Of a stretch of 64,000 nt of DNA, positions 1 through 14,187 are shown in pieces. The position numbers and the translations under genes are program-made. The notes beneath the pieces are model-generated. The model did not search any database, was not told the DNA's origin, and worked only from the letters and a program-made list of their open reading frames with translations. Position 1 is the stretch's first letter. Each line of letters opens with the position of its first letter. The stretch is taken from assembly GCA_002633005.1 (NCBI GenBank), contig NMRA01000593.1, forward strand, positions 1 through 64,000. Direction: 5' to 3'. The DNA is from Phoronis australis (lineage: Eukaryota > Animalia > Phoronida).

Positions 1-286
1 GGGTAGGTGTAGGCCTTTAGTGTGAGTACCATGTGGCCCATTGTCTTAATTTAATTTTCTATCGGGGTGGACCGCATTTACAAAATGTGGTACGGAGATT
101 TCCTTATTTCACATGCTCAAGTGAGTATGCTTAATGTAAAACAACTGAAGTATACTCGATACTCAAACGCCTTGACGACTGAGACAACAGTACTGATCCT
201 TGAAAACTGAATGCCGCGAAACACAAAGTTGGCAAGCTCAATGCTATGAAAAGACTTCAGGAAAAAAGATTTTATTAGTCAATTAC

Positions 287-501
287 CTCTCGTTTCCTGC
301 GACGAGTCTTTCCACATGAGACTGTCACGGATGCCACCGAACAGTCATTCCGTTGATCTTTGCAATGTTTGCCTAGCATGTTCGTAATGTGACGTAAGAA
401 GTTCTGTTTAATCTGTTGCATTGTGGCGTTGTCTGAACACGAACCATTTGTACTGTAGTACAGTGCGACGGGGAGTTTTAGATTGCCTGGACGTTCCCGC
501 T
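287..501 (-). CDS. Gene B exon: Cys-containing (SEA-like/unnamed) domain ending in polybasic furin site (CGKTRRRKRE); gene continues beyond left edge
   Basis: ttttag acceptor and GAG|gtaatt donor; phase 1->0; about 55% identical by eye (36/65 aa) to gene A exon 55064-55284. Confidence 0.85.
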
Positions 502-2066
502 CTAAAATTACATAATTTTGGTGCTGGACAACTGGGAAATTATTTGCCATTAAGTGAACACACTTGTCAGTTACGCACTCACTCACACGCAAACGCACAC
601 GCACGAAGTCACGACTCAGCGAAAAAACAATAGTGTAAAAGGAAACATAAAATAGTAGCACTCGGTTTATCCTGACTTTTCAAGTAATTTCATATTATTC
701 TAGTTTTTGCAACTTTTGTTTGTAAAACTGGGTTTTGGAACACGCATTTTACCAATTTCAAACAACACTAAACCTGCTGCTACTCGGTCAGGTCAAAAGA
801 AGCGGAGAAACTGTATCCCAAACCTGTATACATGTTTTAAAATAAGCCGTGTGGAGGGTTTTGGTAGATATCACTATCACAAGCAATGTACTCTACACAA
901 ACAACTCATTTCTCTGAATCCGGCAAGTTGGCACGTTGGTGAAGTCTCATCAAGTTTACGTAACTATCGTAAGCATGACATACAAAAGTGTTTTTGAGCA
1001 CATTTCACAAGCTGTCACAGCCACCAAGAACAGTTTAAATCATAATATGATGGCAAAACGGTGAGTCCGTTACAGATCACACAAAATGGCGTTTTTCTTT
1101 GTTCGTCGGTTTCTTCGAAAAAAGCTGAAGATTTTCTCGGTGTTTGAATCTTCAGACAGCATATTCATTCATAAACCTGTGTCTCAGGTTTTGGATTAGA
1201 GGTTTCATTGACTATTATTGTTTGATTCAGGATTAAGAGTCACGGCGTTTTTGAAAAAGTGGTTGCAAATAAAGAGTTTCAGATTAAAAAAGCGTTTCGT
1301 TTTATTCAACATCCCAGTCAGTTTTGGAGCAAATTTCTCAAAGTTTTGTTGCCCAAAGTTTTCAGGATGTAGGTTAATAGAACAATTTATTATTGGTGTG
1401 CCTTTCAAAAACAGCATTTTTTCACCCAAAACACCGACTAATGGGACCACAACAATTCCACAATGTCGTGGATTGACGTATATGAATTTGTTTTGACTTC
1501 TACATTCAGAAAACATATATTTTCATGGGTTGACAGTGGTTATAGTTAAGTAGACATTTTAGTATAAATATAGCATAGCAATTAGTTAAACATAACCTCA
1601 ACTCGGTAACAACCTGCGCCTACTTACAATCGGATATTGTTTCTTACATGTAGGTGCAGATTATTGTTGTTGTCATTGTTGTGATAACAATGTATTATTT
1701 ATATGATTTCTATTCTGTGGCTAGTCTGCCATTAGCGGCCGTGTCACTCTCCCTCTCTCCCTCCCTCAGTCCCTCCCTCCGCTATACCATAGACTATAGA
1801 ACAGTGATGGCCAATTCTGTGTATTCTCAATGCACACAATCTGTGTATCGTGAACAACACCATTGGCCGAGATGTCATTTCATTAGTGATGCTTTGCGTG
1901 AGTTTCTGTTTTACTTCCGGCAAGTCGTCTGCTCACTAAGAGAAACGTGGCGCCTCTTCTGGGAATTATTTGTCAACGTATCCGAGTTAAGAATCGGTTG
2001 TCTGTGATCTGTGCAAAAGGAATGGTAATTACGATCGAATCATGTCACACAACGAGTTCAACTTAC

Positions 2067-2249
2067 TGACGCAATCCGGTACGATAATGTTCGACCATCG
2101 ATTTCCGTGACAAATGTACGTCCCCGAATGCTCTACTGGAGGAACGTCGAAACCGGATTTGCAAGCAATTGAGCAAATCTTCGAAGCTCCCAAAGAGATG
2201 CAGTTCAAGGAACCGTTAGCAGGAGAGTCCAAACTGCCACACGATGAAA
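2067..2249 (-). CDS. Gene B exon: Sushi/CCP domain
   Basis: SSCGSLDSPANGSLNC...CSIACKSGF...YIC...W...PDCV; tttcag / A|gtaagt; 183 nt phase 1-1; paralogue of 57536-57721. Confidence 0.85.
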
Positions 2250-3661
2250 CTGAAAAAATATGGATATAAGTTTTGGTGATGTGAATGTGTATATAGATGT
2301 ATGCTGAGCAATTCTATTATGGAGCATTTTGAGATTGACAGAGGAAGCAACATGGCCATGAAGCGCGACTTTGTAATAAATTTGAACATTTAATTTAAAA
2401 TTCTCCAAATTCAAACAAACACTATGTAAATGGATTGATTAAATCCAAAAAGAAATAGGTAGCGCGTGATGTATCCTGAAAAAGTGCAAGCACCTATGTC
2501 GACATAAGAAAACGACTTTGCTCATTTACAAGGGTCCAATCCATAGATTCACTAATCTATAGTCAACAGACTTTTGTATATGTCCATGTGTTACATTACA
2601 TTAATCGAAATGCTTGCATGCGGTCGTCTGCTTAGAGCCTCTATTCAAAATATGATTGGTTGAACCGAAAATCTTTGTGAAGCAGATTAATTGTTTCAGG
2701 TACTGGTACCAGTACGTCATACATTGGACCAAGTTAACTTGTATGAGCGCCGTCTGGTTGAGGGCAATTTTCACTGTTTCTTAAAACTATAACCTCTTTG
2801 CAATTAGAAAAACAGTGAAAATCAATCTCAAACACTTATAATACATTGGGAAGCTAAAAAAAAACTTTTGGAAATCAAATCCAAATGGCTCTGTATTTGC
2901 AACGTTTTCGGTTTCATGCCAGCTGATGTAAGCTCTCGTTACAGTGCACGTGCAAGAAACGTGTTTTAGACCTGCAACCGCTATGCAATCGGTTCCAGCT
3001 TGTTTCTAACCGTTATGAGAAGTGATTTCTGGGTTTACAAAGAAGTGACAGTTTGTAATTCCTTGAGGACTTGTCGGTGGATAAAAGTACCCACAGTTGT
3101 AAGTCAACGTGTAGACCCTACTCTCAAGCGTGAGTGGTCGACCTGACAGTTCTTTCGAAAGCATTAATCACCTCCAGTTTGACGCAACAATGTGAGAACA
3201 AATTAGTAACGGTAAGTGATTCAAATCAACAGCTGCTTTTAAATTAGTTATGGAGGGCGGGTTTCAAACAAAAATGGGGAACAAAATCCTGGTAATAAAG
3301 ACCTCAACACCTTTAACTTCGGTGTACACGAAGCAAGTTTGTAACTGTTAACTCACCAAAGGAGTGTCCAATAACTGCATTCCGTAAATATTACACTCGC
3401 AGAAACCATAAGAGTCTATTTGCCTAATTTCAGAACTTGTGATTCTTCTGACAAACTCAAAATGTATAATGTTGATATATAGTTACCTTTGCCCTGACCT
3501 TGGGATGTAGGCACTCAATCTCATTTTGGAAACGACTGCAAGCATGCTTGGAATATTGCAATTTTCTTTTAGGTCTGTGCATTACATAGTATGCAGACTG
3601 TCACAATTTACCATATATTGCGTTACGATACCATCAACGTAAATTTTCCCTACATACTAAC

Positions 3662-3913
3662 CGTCTATAACGACAGTAAAGCTACAACTGCTTTGTCTTC
3701 CAATTTCTTCATCAGTTCCTGTACACTCGACAAGGTAGTCTCCAGCGCCCAACATAGCTACATCATCTTTAAATTTTCCAAGGCAGGTAGTATCTAATGC
3801 GTCCCCTCGAATGGATGTGAATGTAGGCTTCGGAACCGTGACCCGGTTGAGCGCTTTTGTCGAGGAAATATTCAAACCGTCCGAGCAATTTGACACTGTT
3901 GGCGGTAGATTCA
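3662..3913 (-). CDS. Gene B exon: HYR-like domain
   Basis: NLPPTVSNCSDG...VTVPKPTF...CTGTDEEIGRQSSCSFTVVID; 252 nt phase 1-1; paralogue of 59939-60187. Confidence 0.85.
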
Positions 3914-5865
3914 CTAAAAATGATGTAGTTGTTAACACACATATACATAAATTAAGAATAGTCGTACATATTGTTAGCCTGACAATGCGCTCACAGGGTT
4001 ACTCTCTGTATTCGTGCAGATGACACATCACATTAACAAAAATGGTCATACGCAAAATCTGTAGTTGGCACCACGGGAGCTCATCTCGAACATTTTAGCA
4101 CGTATCTCGTATACGCTATATGTAATAAAAGGACAGTAACTTCACTACAACGATTTACCAGAACTCGAAATGCGAGGTTGTGAGTCTCGCCACAGCGTGA
4201 CGCTGTTGCTGATCAATGGCTACCCCGTGATTGGATGCTGGGCCACTCATTGACAGTGAAATTTTGACCGGGAGAGCAGCCACTCGCAGGGTAGCCAATT
4301 GATCGGCAAGAGCGTTACGTAGTGGTGAGATTGACAACCTTCAGAGATTGTAACACAGCTGGAAGCAAGAACTTACACCTCCTTCATTACATAGTTATAG
4401 CGAAACGAATAATTAAAACCTTTTGTCCAAATTGTTTAAAAAGCATTGAAAGAGGTAACGTTTTTGACTTGTACAAATTAAAGTTGTCAATTTCTATAAT
4501 AATAGGGAAAATACTAATGAAGAATGGCACGTAAGCAGTAATAAATGTCTAAATAAACACTAAGATGGTGACTTGTTTGACGTGAAATGTGTATTAGAGT
4601 GTGTTTGTCGTAATCTTTACTCTTGAAGTCAAAACACAATCGCACCTCAGTTGTCACAAGAGCTCCCATGACCATAAAGGCATCTACAGACAGTACATGT
4701 AAAGGTGTCTCAGTGTTCACGTAAACGTTTTTGAGGGTAAGGTATTTGATCTCAAGCTTATTACTTCGGAAACTTTTGAGTCAAATGTCGTGAAGCTTTT
4801 ATATTTTCTGATGAAAGATCACAGACAATGTCCTGAACAAATAGATATATGATAGGTGCTGTATTACATTTAATTCGTTTGTATGTACTTCATATTCTGG
4901 TAACGCATTGCAGTTGATGAATGTCTGGCGTACCAACGCCACTTACGAAAACTTAAAAATACCGTGCATGTCAAAATGTTAAGAGACGTGTTGTTTTGTT
5001 ACGTTTTACGGTGACAACTGTGTTATTTGATGGTACCAGTATATCATTCCTTTAGGATGATAGATAGGTCTACTTATGCTGTCTGTAGGGATTTCTATTT
5101 TGTGACAATCAACCATTCAATAATGTCGAAACTTCGCAGGAAACTTAGAAACAATCCATCTGGGAACATAAAACTTGAAACATTAAATGAATAGTTGTGC
5201 AGCAGTGTATTGTAAAGCTTCGATGAATTTCTAAAGTTTCTAGGTGTATTTTCGTGTCTTAGCATCTGCAATGGAAATATTATTAGAAAAATTTCACTGG
5301 GTTAATCACAGCATTGGAAAATAACTGAAAACTGTGTTGGTTTACAAAAACTGAGACAAGGACTGTATGGCAGAAAGCAAGGGAGAGTCGAAAAACGCTG
5401 CTAGCAGACGATTTAGTCAGTAAAACAACACATCCTCGCAATATAGTCGCAATTTCTTGTAAAGACCTTAGTTCGTTGTGTAGGTATATTGTATGCATCT
5501 ATAACAAAATGTTTTCATTCGATTCGAGTCAGATTTTTGCTTGATTTTGTCGCAGACGTTCAGTACTTGGCAAATGACCTGTTTATGGTGACCCAGATTC
5601 AAATTAGCAAGGCCTAGAATTACTTGCCTGATCACCGTGCGTCAGACTTTTTAAAGTTTATAGCTGTTAGAGCTTTAAAACTGTCTTTCAAGAACGACGC
5701 CTTAGAACACTGTTTAACCCACATGAACGAGCCCAATCAAAGTTGCTGCCGTACACGCAACTTTAATCCACCAGTAGACTGCACACCAACGATGAAATGC
5801 GACCTCTAGCGTTGTTTACAGATTGTCTACTTTACACTATATGACGCCATAGTTCTAGGTGTATT

Positions 5866-6006
5866 CATGGGCGGCGCACCATAGGGGGCTGGGGGGCTAT
5901 AGCCCCCTTTTTCAGTGGTACGCCGCACGTGGTCTATAGGCGGTGCATCACAGGGGGCTGAGGGGACTTTAGCCCCCCCACTTTTTTCAGTGCTGCGTCG
6001 CCCATG
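5866..6006. repeat. Short MITE-like hairpin element (two GC-rich internal units)
   Basis: Ends CATGGGCGGCGCA ... TGCGTCGCCCATG are inverted repeats; two similar 'agggggctg...agccccc..ttttcagtg' units inside. Confidence 0.55.
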
Positions 6007-6930
6007 TGTAATGAATGCCTGCCTTTGATGAAATATGTGTTTGTACACCAGTTTATACATATTGACAACTTTTACTTCATGCTGTCGACGCTGAATGGTT
6101 GCCAGTCACTTGAAGTATGTCTGAAAAGTGTGCCTCCTGGAGGTGATGCTTGCTTTAATGGTATCAGTCAACTCAATCAAACGTGCTAATGCGATTTTTT
6201 TGTTAGTGGTACAAATACGGAGTGCAGTGGAGACGACGGTGAATGGACACTGTAGAAGAAATTAAAATGAAACAAACGGCTGAAAAGGCATTTTTGGGGG
6301 TTGCTTTGATAGGATTGAGGTAGAGATATAGTATAGCAAAAATGTGTGCTGTTTTTGTGATTTTAAAAATATATCGCCGATTTTTAACAATCAAATTCTA
6401 CTGAAATTGAGGCGGTAATATCAAGAACTGATTAGTTGTTGGGCGCCATGAACGTGTCAGACGTTGGCGGATTGTGGAGAGTGGCAGTGAAAGCCGAAAT
6501 GGAGAAAACAAGGACAATTCTTATGGGAGTGTGCGAGAAAAAGGGGCGAGGAGGGGAAACAAGTTGGAGGAATGAACTTACTAGAATGACTATTTAGGAT
6601 TGGCAGTACTGTGTTGTTAGACATCATGAATGACACTGTCCTTGGCCTCACTGATTTTATGTGGAACAAAATGAAAGCAAATCAGCACACATTCAGGTAA
6701 AAAAGCAGTATTTTTGTATGAAAATTCGCCAAACAACTGAAGTTTTGCCCGTGATATTTTTCGATTTTTGTCTAAATCTGTTTATTAGCGTACTTTATTC
6801 ATGCAAAATACATCACATGGTTTTGTAACATGTAGCATTTGTACACTATAGCGTCGTTCAGAAATTTACTACTATTGTTTCGAGTAAGTTTGAATTTACT
6901 TCCAAAACAGAAACAGAATATTTAAATTAC

Positions 6931-7128
6931 CCCAACATTCCGGAGGATTAGGCTGTCCTTCCCAGTTACCACTGCTTCCACAGGTGTACTTCGCTCTGAT
7001 GCGATGTGCTATTGGTAATATGTATCCAGGTAGACACGAGTAGGTGCAAACCCCTCCATAGAGTTCGCTAGTGCAGTTGACGTAACCGTGGGCGATATTG
7101 GCTAGGAGCGTTTTGTTGCACTTAGTAA
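6931..7128 (-). CDS. Gene B exon: Sushi/CCP domain
   Basis: TKCNKTLLANIAHGYVNC...YGGVCTYSCLPGY...YTCGSSGNWEGQPNPPECW; 198 nt phase 1-1; paralogue of 62276-62470. Confidence 0.87.
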
Positions 7129-9347
7129 CTGTGGACATAAGAACGTCAACTTCTCATTCATAGCACACAATGAATTTAGTACTTTAATGCGGTTTTTGTT
7201 TTGTTTCAACAAGAGGTCAAATTTCTGTCGCTGTGACCTCACTTATAAATATGTGACACTTGCATTACCCGAGGGTGTAAACAATATTTCAACCATATCT
7301 GGTACGAAGAAATGTTGAAAAATCTATTATAGATGAAGAGATGACGCACCAGTACACCCAATGTCTGCACTCCATTGGCCATTTTCACAGATCACAGGGT
7401 TAGGACCAGTCCTCCTGTACCCGTTTTGGCATCCATAGAAACATTGACTTCCATTCACTTCTTTACAATTTTGAAGAAATCCATTCTCGGGACTACGCAT
7501 TGGTGGACATGAGCTTTCTAAAAAGATAGAATTGAATATGGAAACAGCGGTATCACATTTTCAGAACCAGTTTGATCCCCGTTTCTAGGAGGGGAAACTG
7601 GTTCTCAAAATGCGGTCGCGTTATATCCGACTATTACTACATAAATTCTTGGACATCGCGTATCATGAAGAATCCCCAACTTCTTGCAAAACGAGATATC
7701 ATTTCTAAGATTGTAAAAATGTTTACTCGTTACGGTTTTGTTAGAAAGATATTTAAAAAGTTGCAAATTTAGACATCTAAAAATTTCCAAGTCAAAATGC
7801 AATACTTCAACTGAAAAAATAGTTCCTGAAAGGCTGTTGCAGAATTGCACTCAGGTTCCCGGTCTAAAGTTTGTTACAACAACCGACACGTTACAAATAT
7901 TTGAAACTAAACATTTCCAACAAACTTGAGTTCAATCTTTATTTGCGTCAGATTCAATTTCAAATGGATTTTCAAGTCTTACAATAGCGACGAAACTGGG
8001 GTACATTGCCGGTTATTGCTGCCCTGTTTCATCGCCGACGAGCTGTGTACAGAGCACTCTCACGAAATCAGTCTCATAATATCCCAGAGTTTAATGGCCA
8101 TGGGGTTGGCCAAACCTCAAACTTCGAAATGTAAAATGGTGCATGTACTCGTTATTCTTGACTAGAGTTGGTAATGCAATCAGGGATGCTGTTTTATATA
8201 ATCTGTCTAAAATTTTTACAAGAACATCAAAGCCATCAGCCACTCAAGAAACCACTTTCGAGTTTAACGGGGTTGGTTATACTTAAAATTGCCAATTCGA
8301 AAATGGACCAAGTAAATTGTTCACGAACTTATGGCAATGGTGTCATGCACCAAAGTGCTTCAACACTGTCATTTGAACAGTGGCAAAATGTCCATTTAAT
8401 GTTGGAAAAATATATATCCCACAATCCCACAGTAATATTGATTTAACAATTTCGATAAAATTGCTGCTTGTCTCTTTGTTATCGTAAATTCATATTTATT
8501 GACCGGATCGGCACTTTGCAGGGCCATTCACAATTCACGTTCTCTTCATAATATACAGATCCCTTGATGCAAGGAAACAATATTTATTAACTATTGCAAT
8601 TAAAACCGTAATTCCCCTACAACCGTATTTGAACACTCTCGTGGATAATTCACCGGTTCACCATTGAAGCCGAATCAGCGAGATACAGTAAAAAGCTAAA
8701 ACTTGAAGAATAATTGGAAATATTTCGTATCAAAACAAACCTGAAGGCAGGAATCACGCAATGAAGGAATCAATTCACCCTTTACTCGCTCTTGCAAGAG
8801 AAGCCTGCTTTTACTTGTCGACTACAAAAATTTGCTTGTTTATCCAGTTCCCTATTAAGCGGGAGCTCGTGCATGGCAAATGCAAGACGTGGATTTGCGT
8901 ACTATATGAATGATCATCCCGGACTGTGAAAGTTCTTACAGTGTTTCCGAAAGATTTTCATATGGAATGTATAGAAAGTAAACAGCTTATGAATAGCTCA
9001 TGATAGCACTATAGATGTTACTATAAATTTTAATGCCACACTACAATTTCCATTTTGCCGGCTCGTCTGGGCTAAACAAGACCATTAGGAGCCATACGCA
9101 AATTGAACTATTAGTAATCAATAACAATAATTTTGTAATTAGCTAAAGCATGTCTAAATCTGGGAGTGCAATGTCTTCAACTGCAAATCATAAAAAGGTC
9201 TGTGCAATTCCGGTACAGTTAATCGTTTGTCTCAAGTCGATTTAACTGTTCGGAAGCAAGGTCGTTCAAGTGTATGAATGTTTTTCGATTTCGAAGTTGC
9301 GATATCCAGTACAATTAGTTATGTCGAGAACCACATGCAATACTTAC

Positions 9348-9593
9348 GTTCAACGACTATTGTAAAGTAACAGGTGGCCTGTCTGTTGATTTCGTGATCT
9401 GTTGCTGAACAGATAATGATGTGAGAGCCTAGTCCAAATGTAACGACGGCCTTGTAGTTGCATTCCATTTGCAGAACTTTGCTGTCGTGTGCACTGGTGA
9501 AAGTCGGAAATGGGATGGTGATTTGAGTTTGGTCGGTGTCAATGAACAATTCTATGTCACCAGAACAATTGGATATGATTGGCGGCTTGTCCA
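9348..9593 (-). CDS. Gene B exon: HYR-like domain
   Basis: DKPPIISNCSGD...PFPTF...CSATDHEINRQATCYFTIVVE; C|gtaagt donor; 246 nt phase 1-1. Confidence 0.85.
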
Positions 9594-10549
9594 CTACAAA
9601 ACAACGAAACACCAGTCTTGCAATTTCAAGTTCCTGCAATGATTCAAAACAGGTTCATATCCTTACGAAACTTAGAATATCAATTCACCAGTGTTCTTGG
9701 ACTGATTTTCTCATTACTTTGAAATCATATGAATGTATATTAGTGAGCATGCGACGTGTCTGTCACGAAAATTAGGAAGGTTACCATAGTCAAAAGAATT
9801 GAACCAATCATGTCTCGTAAAATTAGAAGGGTGTTTCAAAATGGTTAAGTTTGGTGGTAGCGGGCAAACTTCGTGAAAAGATTTTTAAATATGTACGCCA
9901 ACTACCATTTTACGATTGATCTCTGTCGTAAGATCATTGCGTGATGCATTACTACTGTCGATCGGCAGACTTACGAGAAATAAGTCATACGAGAGTTTAA
10001 AATAGACTCTTCCGGTAATGCGTTTTATATAACTTTAAGCACGTCTGTGACGTCACGATCACGTGGTTGAGATACGATATGTCTGCCGAGTTGCATGGGT
10101 ACGTTCAAAACGTAAGAAACATTCTAATTCGCAAAACCTTCGCGTATATGTTTTCTTTCGCCAGAGATATTGCAGGGCAAACTCTGTGAACATAGTGCAT
10201 TTTGAATATGTAGAATGCGAGCTTATTCACAATTTTGAAAAACTTAGGGGCAGTTAGACTAGTTGCCTCCCATAGCAGAGACTAGACGGCTCTAGTCTAT
10301 TCTGGATCAGGATTGATCATAGAAATAATGTCAAGTAACTCGGCTGCGAAAGCGACAATAAATACTCCAAATAATTACAAGGGCACCAAATGCCCCCTTA
10401 TAACCATATTTTTCTTATACTTTTAATTCCCTGTTGATGGCCGCTGGGTTACGGCAATAGACATGTACAATCTCACCGTCCGAGCATCAACTCACGTGAC
10501 TCTCCAAATATGGAAGTCAATACAGCTTGGAACTTGACTGCATTTTCAG

Positions 10550-10953
10550 GGCCCGGTCTCTAATCTTTGTACTCGAAACGAACTCGAAACTATTTTTGGA
10601 AATTTCTCTGCTCCTTTTATGCGAACTTAAGATAATTGGTTAATATTAGACTGTGCTCGAATACATTATAGTTTATGCATAGGAGTTTCTAGTTCAAGTT
10701 TGCCCTTGAAGACTCTTATATTCGTGCTACAAACTCGAGTAAAAACTCGAAATTTCGAGTTCAAACTCGAACTTATTGCTTTAATATTGGGTTTAAAAAC
10801 TGTGAACTAAGGGCAAAAAATTATCTACGTAAGTTATTGTGTACTCGAGCATAGAATAATAGACACTTATCTTGAGTTCGCCCAAAAGTAGAGTAGAAAA
10901 TGCCAAACCTAATTTCGAGTTCCATTTCGAGTAAAAAGATTGGAGACCGGGCC
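10550..10953. mobile_element. Non-autonomous PIF/Harbinger-type MITE
   Basis: ~40-bp TIRs GGCCCGGTCTC(T/C)AATCTTT(G/T)TACTCGAAA; CAG on both sides (10547-49, 10954-56) as 3-bp TSD; interior is an imperfect long palindrome. Confidence 0.75.
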
Positions 10954-12208
10954 CAGTTTTCATAGAATGTCAATTGTTTCAGAAGATTAGATTTTGGTAA
11001 GCGTTCATCATGGCGATTTCTTTGGTCGGTTGCATTAGATTAAAACGTATTACTGAATGTGAGATACATACCCATCGAATGATATAAAAGTGTTACTCAA
11101 AATCACTAATAGTTCTACAATCGTCCCATGTGAGACCCTCGCAACATATATCACACGATATTTTGTCGAGCAGTGATAACAATGAAACGACGGAGAGGCT
11201 GTCGTGTCATCATCGTTTGCGCACTCGTCTTTGTCGTGCGACTGTTGTGCAATATTATAACCATAGGCGGATGGAGGAAGTCAAAGAGCCTCCTACGGAC
11301 ACAAAAGGTCATCAGTATGCTGCTTTTAGGATTCCCTACATAAATGTGATTGTCACCCTTTACGACATCCCAGATCCTAAATTGATTGAAAGAGAATTGG
11401 ATAGAAAATCATCCAGTGATATTTCACTAGTCGTAGAAGCTTTCTACATCTGTTGGAAACAAAAACGTTGTGCGACGGTTGCGAAATATTTGATTGCGGT
11501 GTGACAATGAGGATGCTGCACGACAACAGTACCCCAGTTGATTCATTTGCTGGACGGATGTATGATGGGGAGACGCTGACACCACAGTCTTACGTCAAAC
11601 GTAAGGCTATTGTAAGACTTTCGAAGGACAATTCTACCAATTACATGTACATGTACATGCTTCCAAACTACTCAAATGTCCTCCGACTTCCGTGCAACCC
11701 ACACGTTGACCCTGCATTTGGCTATTGAGCTGAAGTAGAAAATGCACGATGTTGAAAATTTTTAACATGTTCTGAATCTTCCTGACGACATTCTACGGCG
11801 GTAATTAGGGTCGAAGGATGACAGTCTCACGACTGTGGTGCCATTTCCCTATTTTCCGCCGCAGACATATCGTATACCCAACGTGCGACGTATGTGACAG
11901 GTACTTTATGACAGGCACACTACACTTGCCCGATCGCTTCAATATGATGCCAGCGCTCGGCGCTTGTCATAGGCCAATAGTGTGATTGCAAATTATACGA
12001 CCTACATGTACATGCATCTTCCAAGACCTTGGACTACGAAAATGCAAACATATCAGACAAAGGTACGACTGCTTTACCGTCGTTGCTTCTACTATGTCCG
12101 ACTGAGCGTGAGACTGGGTTAAAGAACCACGATGTCTTTATCTTAGTCATGGTGCTTTGCAAACAGGACACTAGGGATTGTAACAGGCTATAACGAGCAC
12201 ATTCTCAC

Positions 12209-12397
12209 CCCAACATTGCGGTAAAGTTGTAGGCTCCCACAAAGCGTCGCTGCTGCATGTTAAGGTAGCACTGTCAGCTAAACTATCCGGTATGACATAT
12301 CCAGGGTCACAGCAATAATCACACTTGGCGCCATACGTCCACTCTGTGCAGTTGGTCTGTCCTCGTGAAATAGGAGGAGGAGAATGGCAGGAATTAA
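12209..12397 (-). CDS. Gene B exon: Sushi/CCP domain
   Basis: NSCHSPPPISRGQTNC..WTYGAKCDYCCDPGY...LTCSSDALWEPTTLPQCW; 189 nt phase 1-1. Confidence 0.87.
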
Positions 12398-12810
12398 CTG
12401 AAAATATCGAATTCTCATCAGGGTTCCTAAATCGATTTTGTATTGAAAGGGTTTGAAACGGTTGTCGTTCAGAAAGATACCCGTTTCCAATCCTTATTAT
12501 AGATCGACTTCCCCTAGAACTTAGCATTAATGAACGAGATAACAATATCTGAAAATGAGATAACTAAAGGTACACCTCAGTTCATATAGAAAAGGATGTC
12601 TGACGGTGTCTGTAGTGTGATTGTGGTGATTGGGAATCTTACGAGAGGAAAAAAATATAGTTAGATAATATTTTCTCGGTAGCTGCTCTAGCATTCCGTT
12701 GGTAGGACTTTGCAGGTTTTCTGGCAAGACTTTTCTATGCTGCAAGGTGTTTATCGGTGGGACACTGCTGTAAATCAAAAGTTGATCGGTCCTCAAATAG
12801 TTTTCTGTAT

Positions 12811-13259
12811 CGAGGGCGGAATCAACAATCGATCGGACTTCAAAGCTACTTGCCCGGACTTCAAAACCAGCCGGCTGGGTTTGTAAACGTGATGTCAAGA
12901 CTACAAAACGCCTCACCCAAAAAACTAGAGTGGCCGGTACTATAACCAGTTGGCTAGTGAACAAACACGATGGTCAGACCTCCTCAGAGACCCGCTTTGA
13001 AAGCCCTACAGGATTCAAGTGACAACTAGTGTTTATGTTGTTTATTTTGTTCAAAATCAGCGATTTTTTCGACCATGATGTTTGACCAACCCGTTTCAGG
13101 TCAGGCCAAACAGATTTTTGGGTGCGGCCATCTTGTTTTGGGATACCGCCCAACCGATCACCAAGTGAGAACATCGGCCATTGGTGTTTGCAGTCCAGCC
13201 CGCTGGTTTCGAAGTCCGGAGAAGGGGTTTTGAAGTCCGACCAATTGTTGATCCCCTTG
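12811..13259. mobile_element. Non-autonomous DNA transposon / MITE
   Basis: ~65-bp imperfect TIRs (left ...ATCAACAATCGATCGGACTTCAAA...CCGGACTTCAAAACCAGCCGGCTGG; right is its reverse complement ending GATCCCCTTG); TSD not clear. Confidence 0.65.
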
Positions 13260-13677
13260 TATATCATTGGTACGAACGCTAAGTGCTGGTGCTCTATATT
13301 TAGGCTATAATTTTCACAACATTTTTATAACCCACAGAACAAAATTCACATCAATGCATTAAGCGGGCGCGATCATGTGAGACCCATGCTCGCTATTTTC
13401 CAGCAACATTCACAATTTTCAGTTCGTGCAAGTTTGTAGAACAATGCATACTTTTGCAATCTGGCGTCAAACTCCAATTTCCATTTTCGCCACAAGTTAG
13501 CTCCACTGACGTTGTGTTGTAGTATCCCTCCTCACACGTGTAACTGCACGGCATCCGGTAGGCATTGCTGCAAGGGCCGATTATTCGTCCATTGGTGGGA
13601 GGCTTAAGTACAGGACACTCTATTTCTGAAATTTAGACACAGGTAATTTGATTAAGTCGTCCCCATCAAGGAAATAA

Positions 13678-13830
13678 TCATTATCATCACCAACATGACC
13701 ATCAACGTTATCGTCGATAACATGTTCGTTATCGTCATTGCCGTCACTGTCAATATCATCAGCACCGTCGTCAACGCCAACGCCCCCACCATCATCATCA
13801 CTGCCACCCATGTAATCTTCGTCACCTCAT
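13678..13830. repeat. Degenerate (ATC/GTC)n low-complexity tract
   Basis: Repeated tca/tcg triplets; source of the spurious Asp-rich ORF 13620..13811. Confidence 0.6.
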
Positions 13831-13938
13831 CAAGGTGTATTTACTTAATCCAAGTCCTTTTCAATCTCTTTTGTTTTAATAATCATTCACGTACAAGTGA
13901 GTAGCAATAGACAAAAAAGACATTGTCCCATAACTTAC

Positions 13939-14187
13939 GATCGATTAAAATGGTATAAGAGCATGATGACCGCTGCCCAATTTCAGTGTCCTCCACTTCA
14001 CACGTCACTCGCGTGATCGGGTCATAGAGTAGTTCCTTTTCTGAGTGGCTGCAGTCGTATCGCTTCAAGTCCACAACTCTTCCTCTCACCTCGAAAGTCG
14101 GACGTGTTATGTTAACCCAAACGGGAAAATGTCCTGTCTTGATGTGAACGTTTCTTGGACAGTGTCTTATTGTCGGTGACACGTCGG
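13939..14187 (-). CDS. Gene B exon: HYR-like domain
   Basis: DVSPTIRHCPRNVHI...RPTF...TCEVEDTEIGQRSSCSYTILID; 249 nt phase 1-1. Confidence 0.85.

Noticed and set aside
11080-12030. Possible decayed Harbinger-like transposase in ORFs 11130..11728
   Set aside because: No diagnostic motif or TIR that I could confirm
13620-13811. Asp-rich ORF as an acidic biomineralisation-type peptide
   Set aside because: Low-complexity trinucleotide tract in an intron, no convincing splice sites
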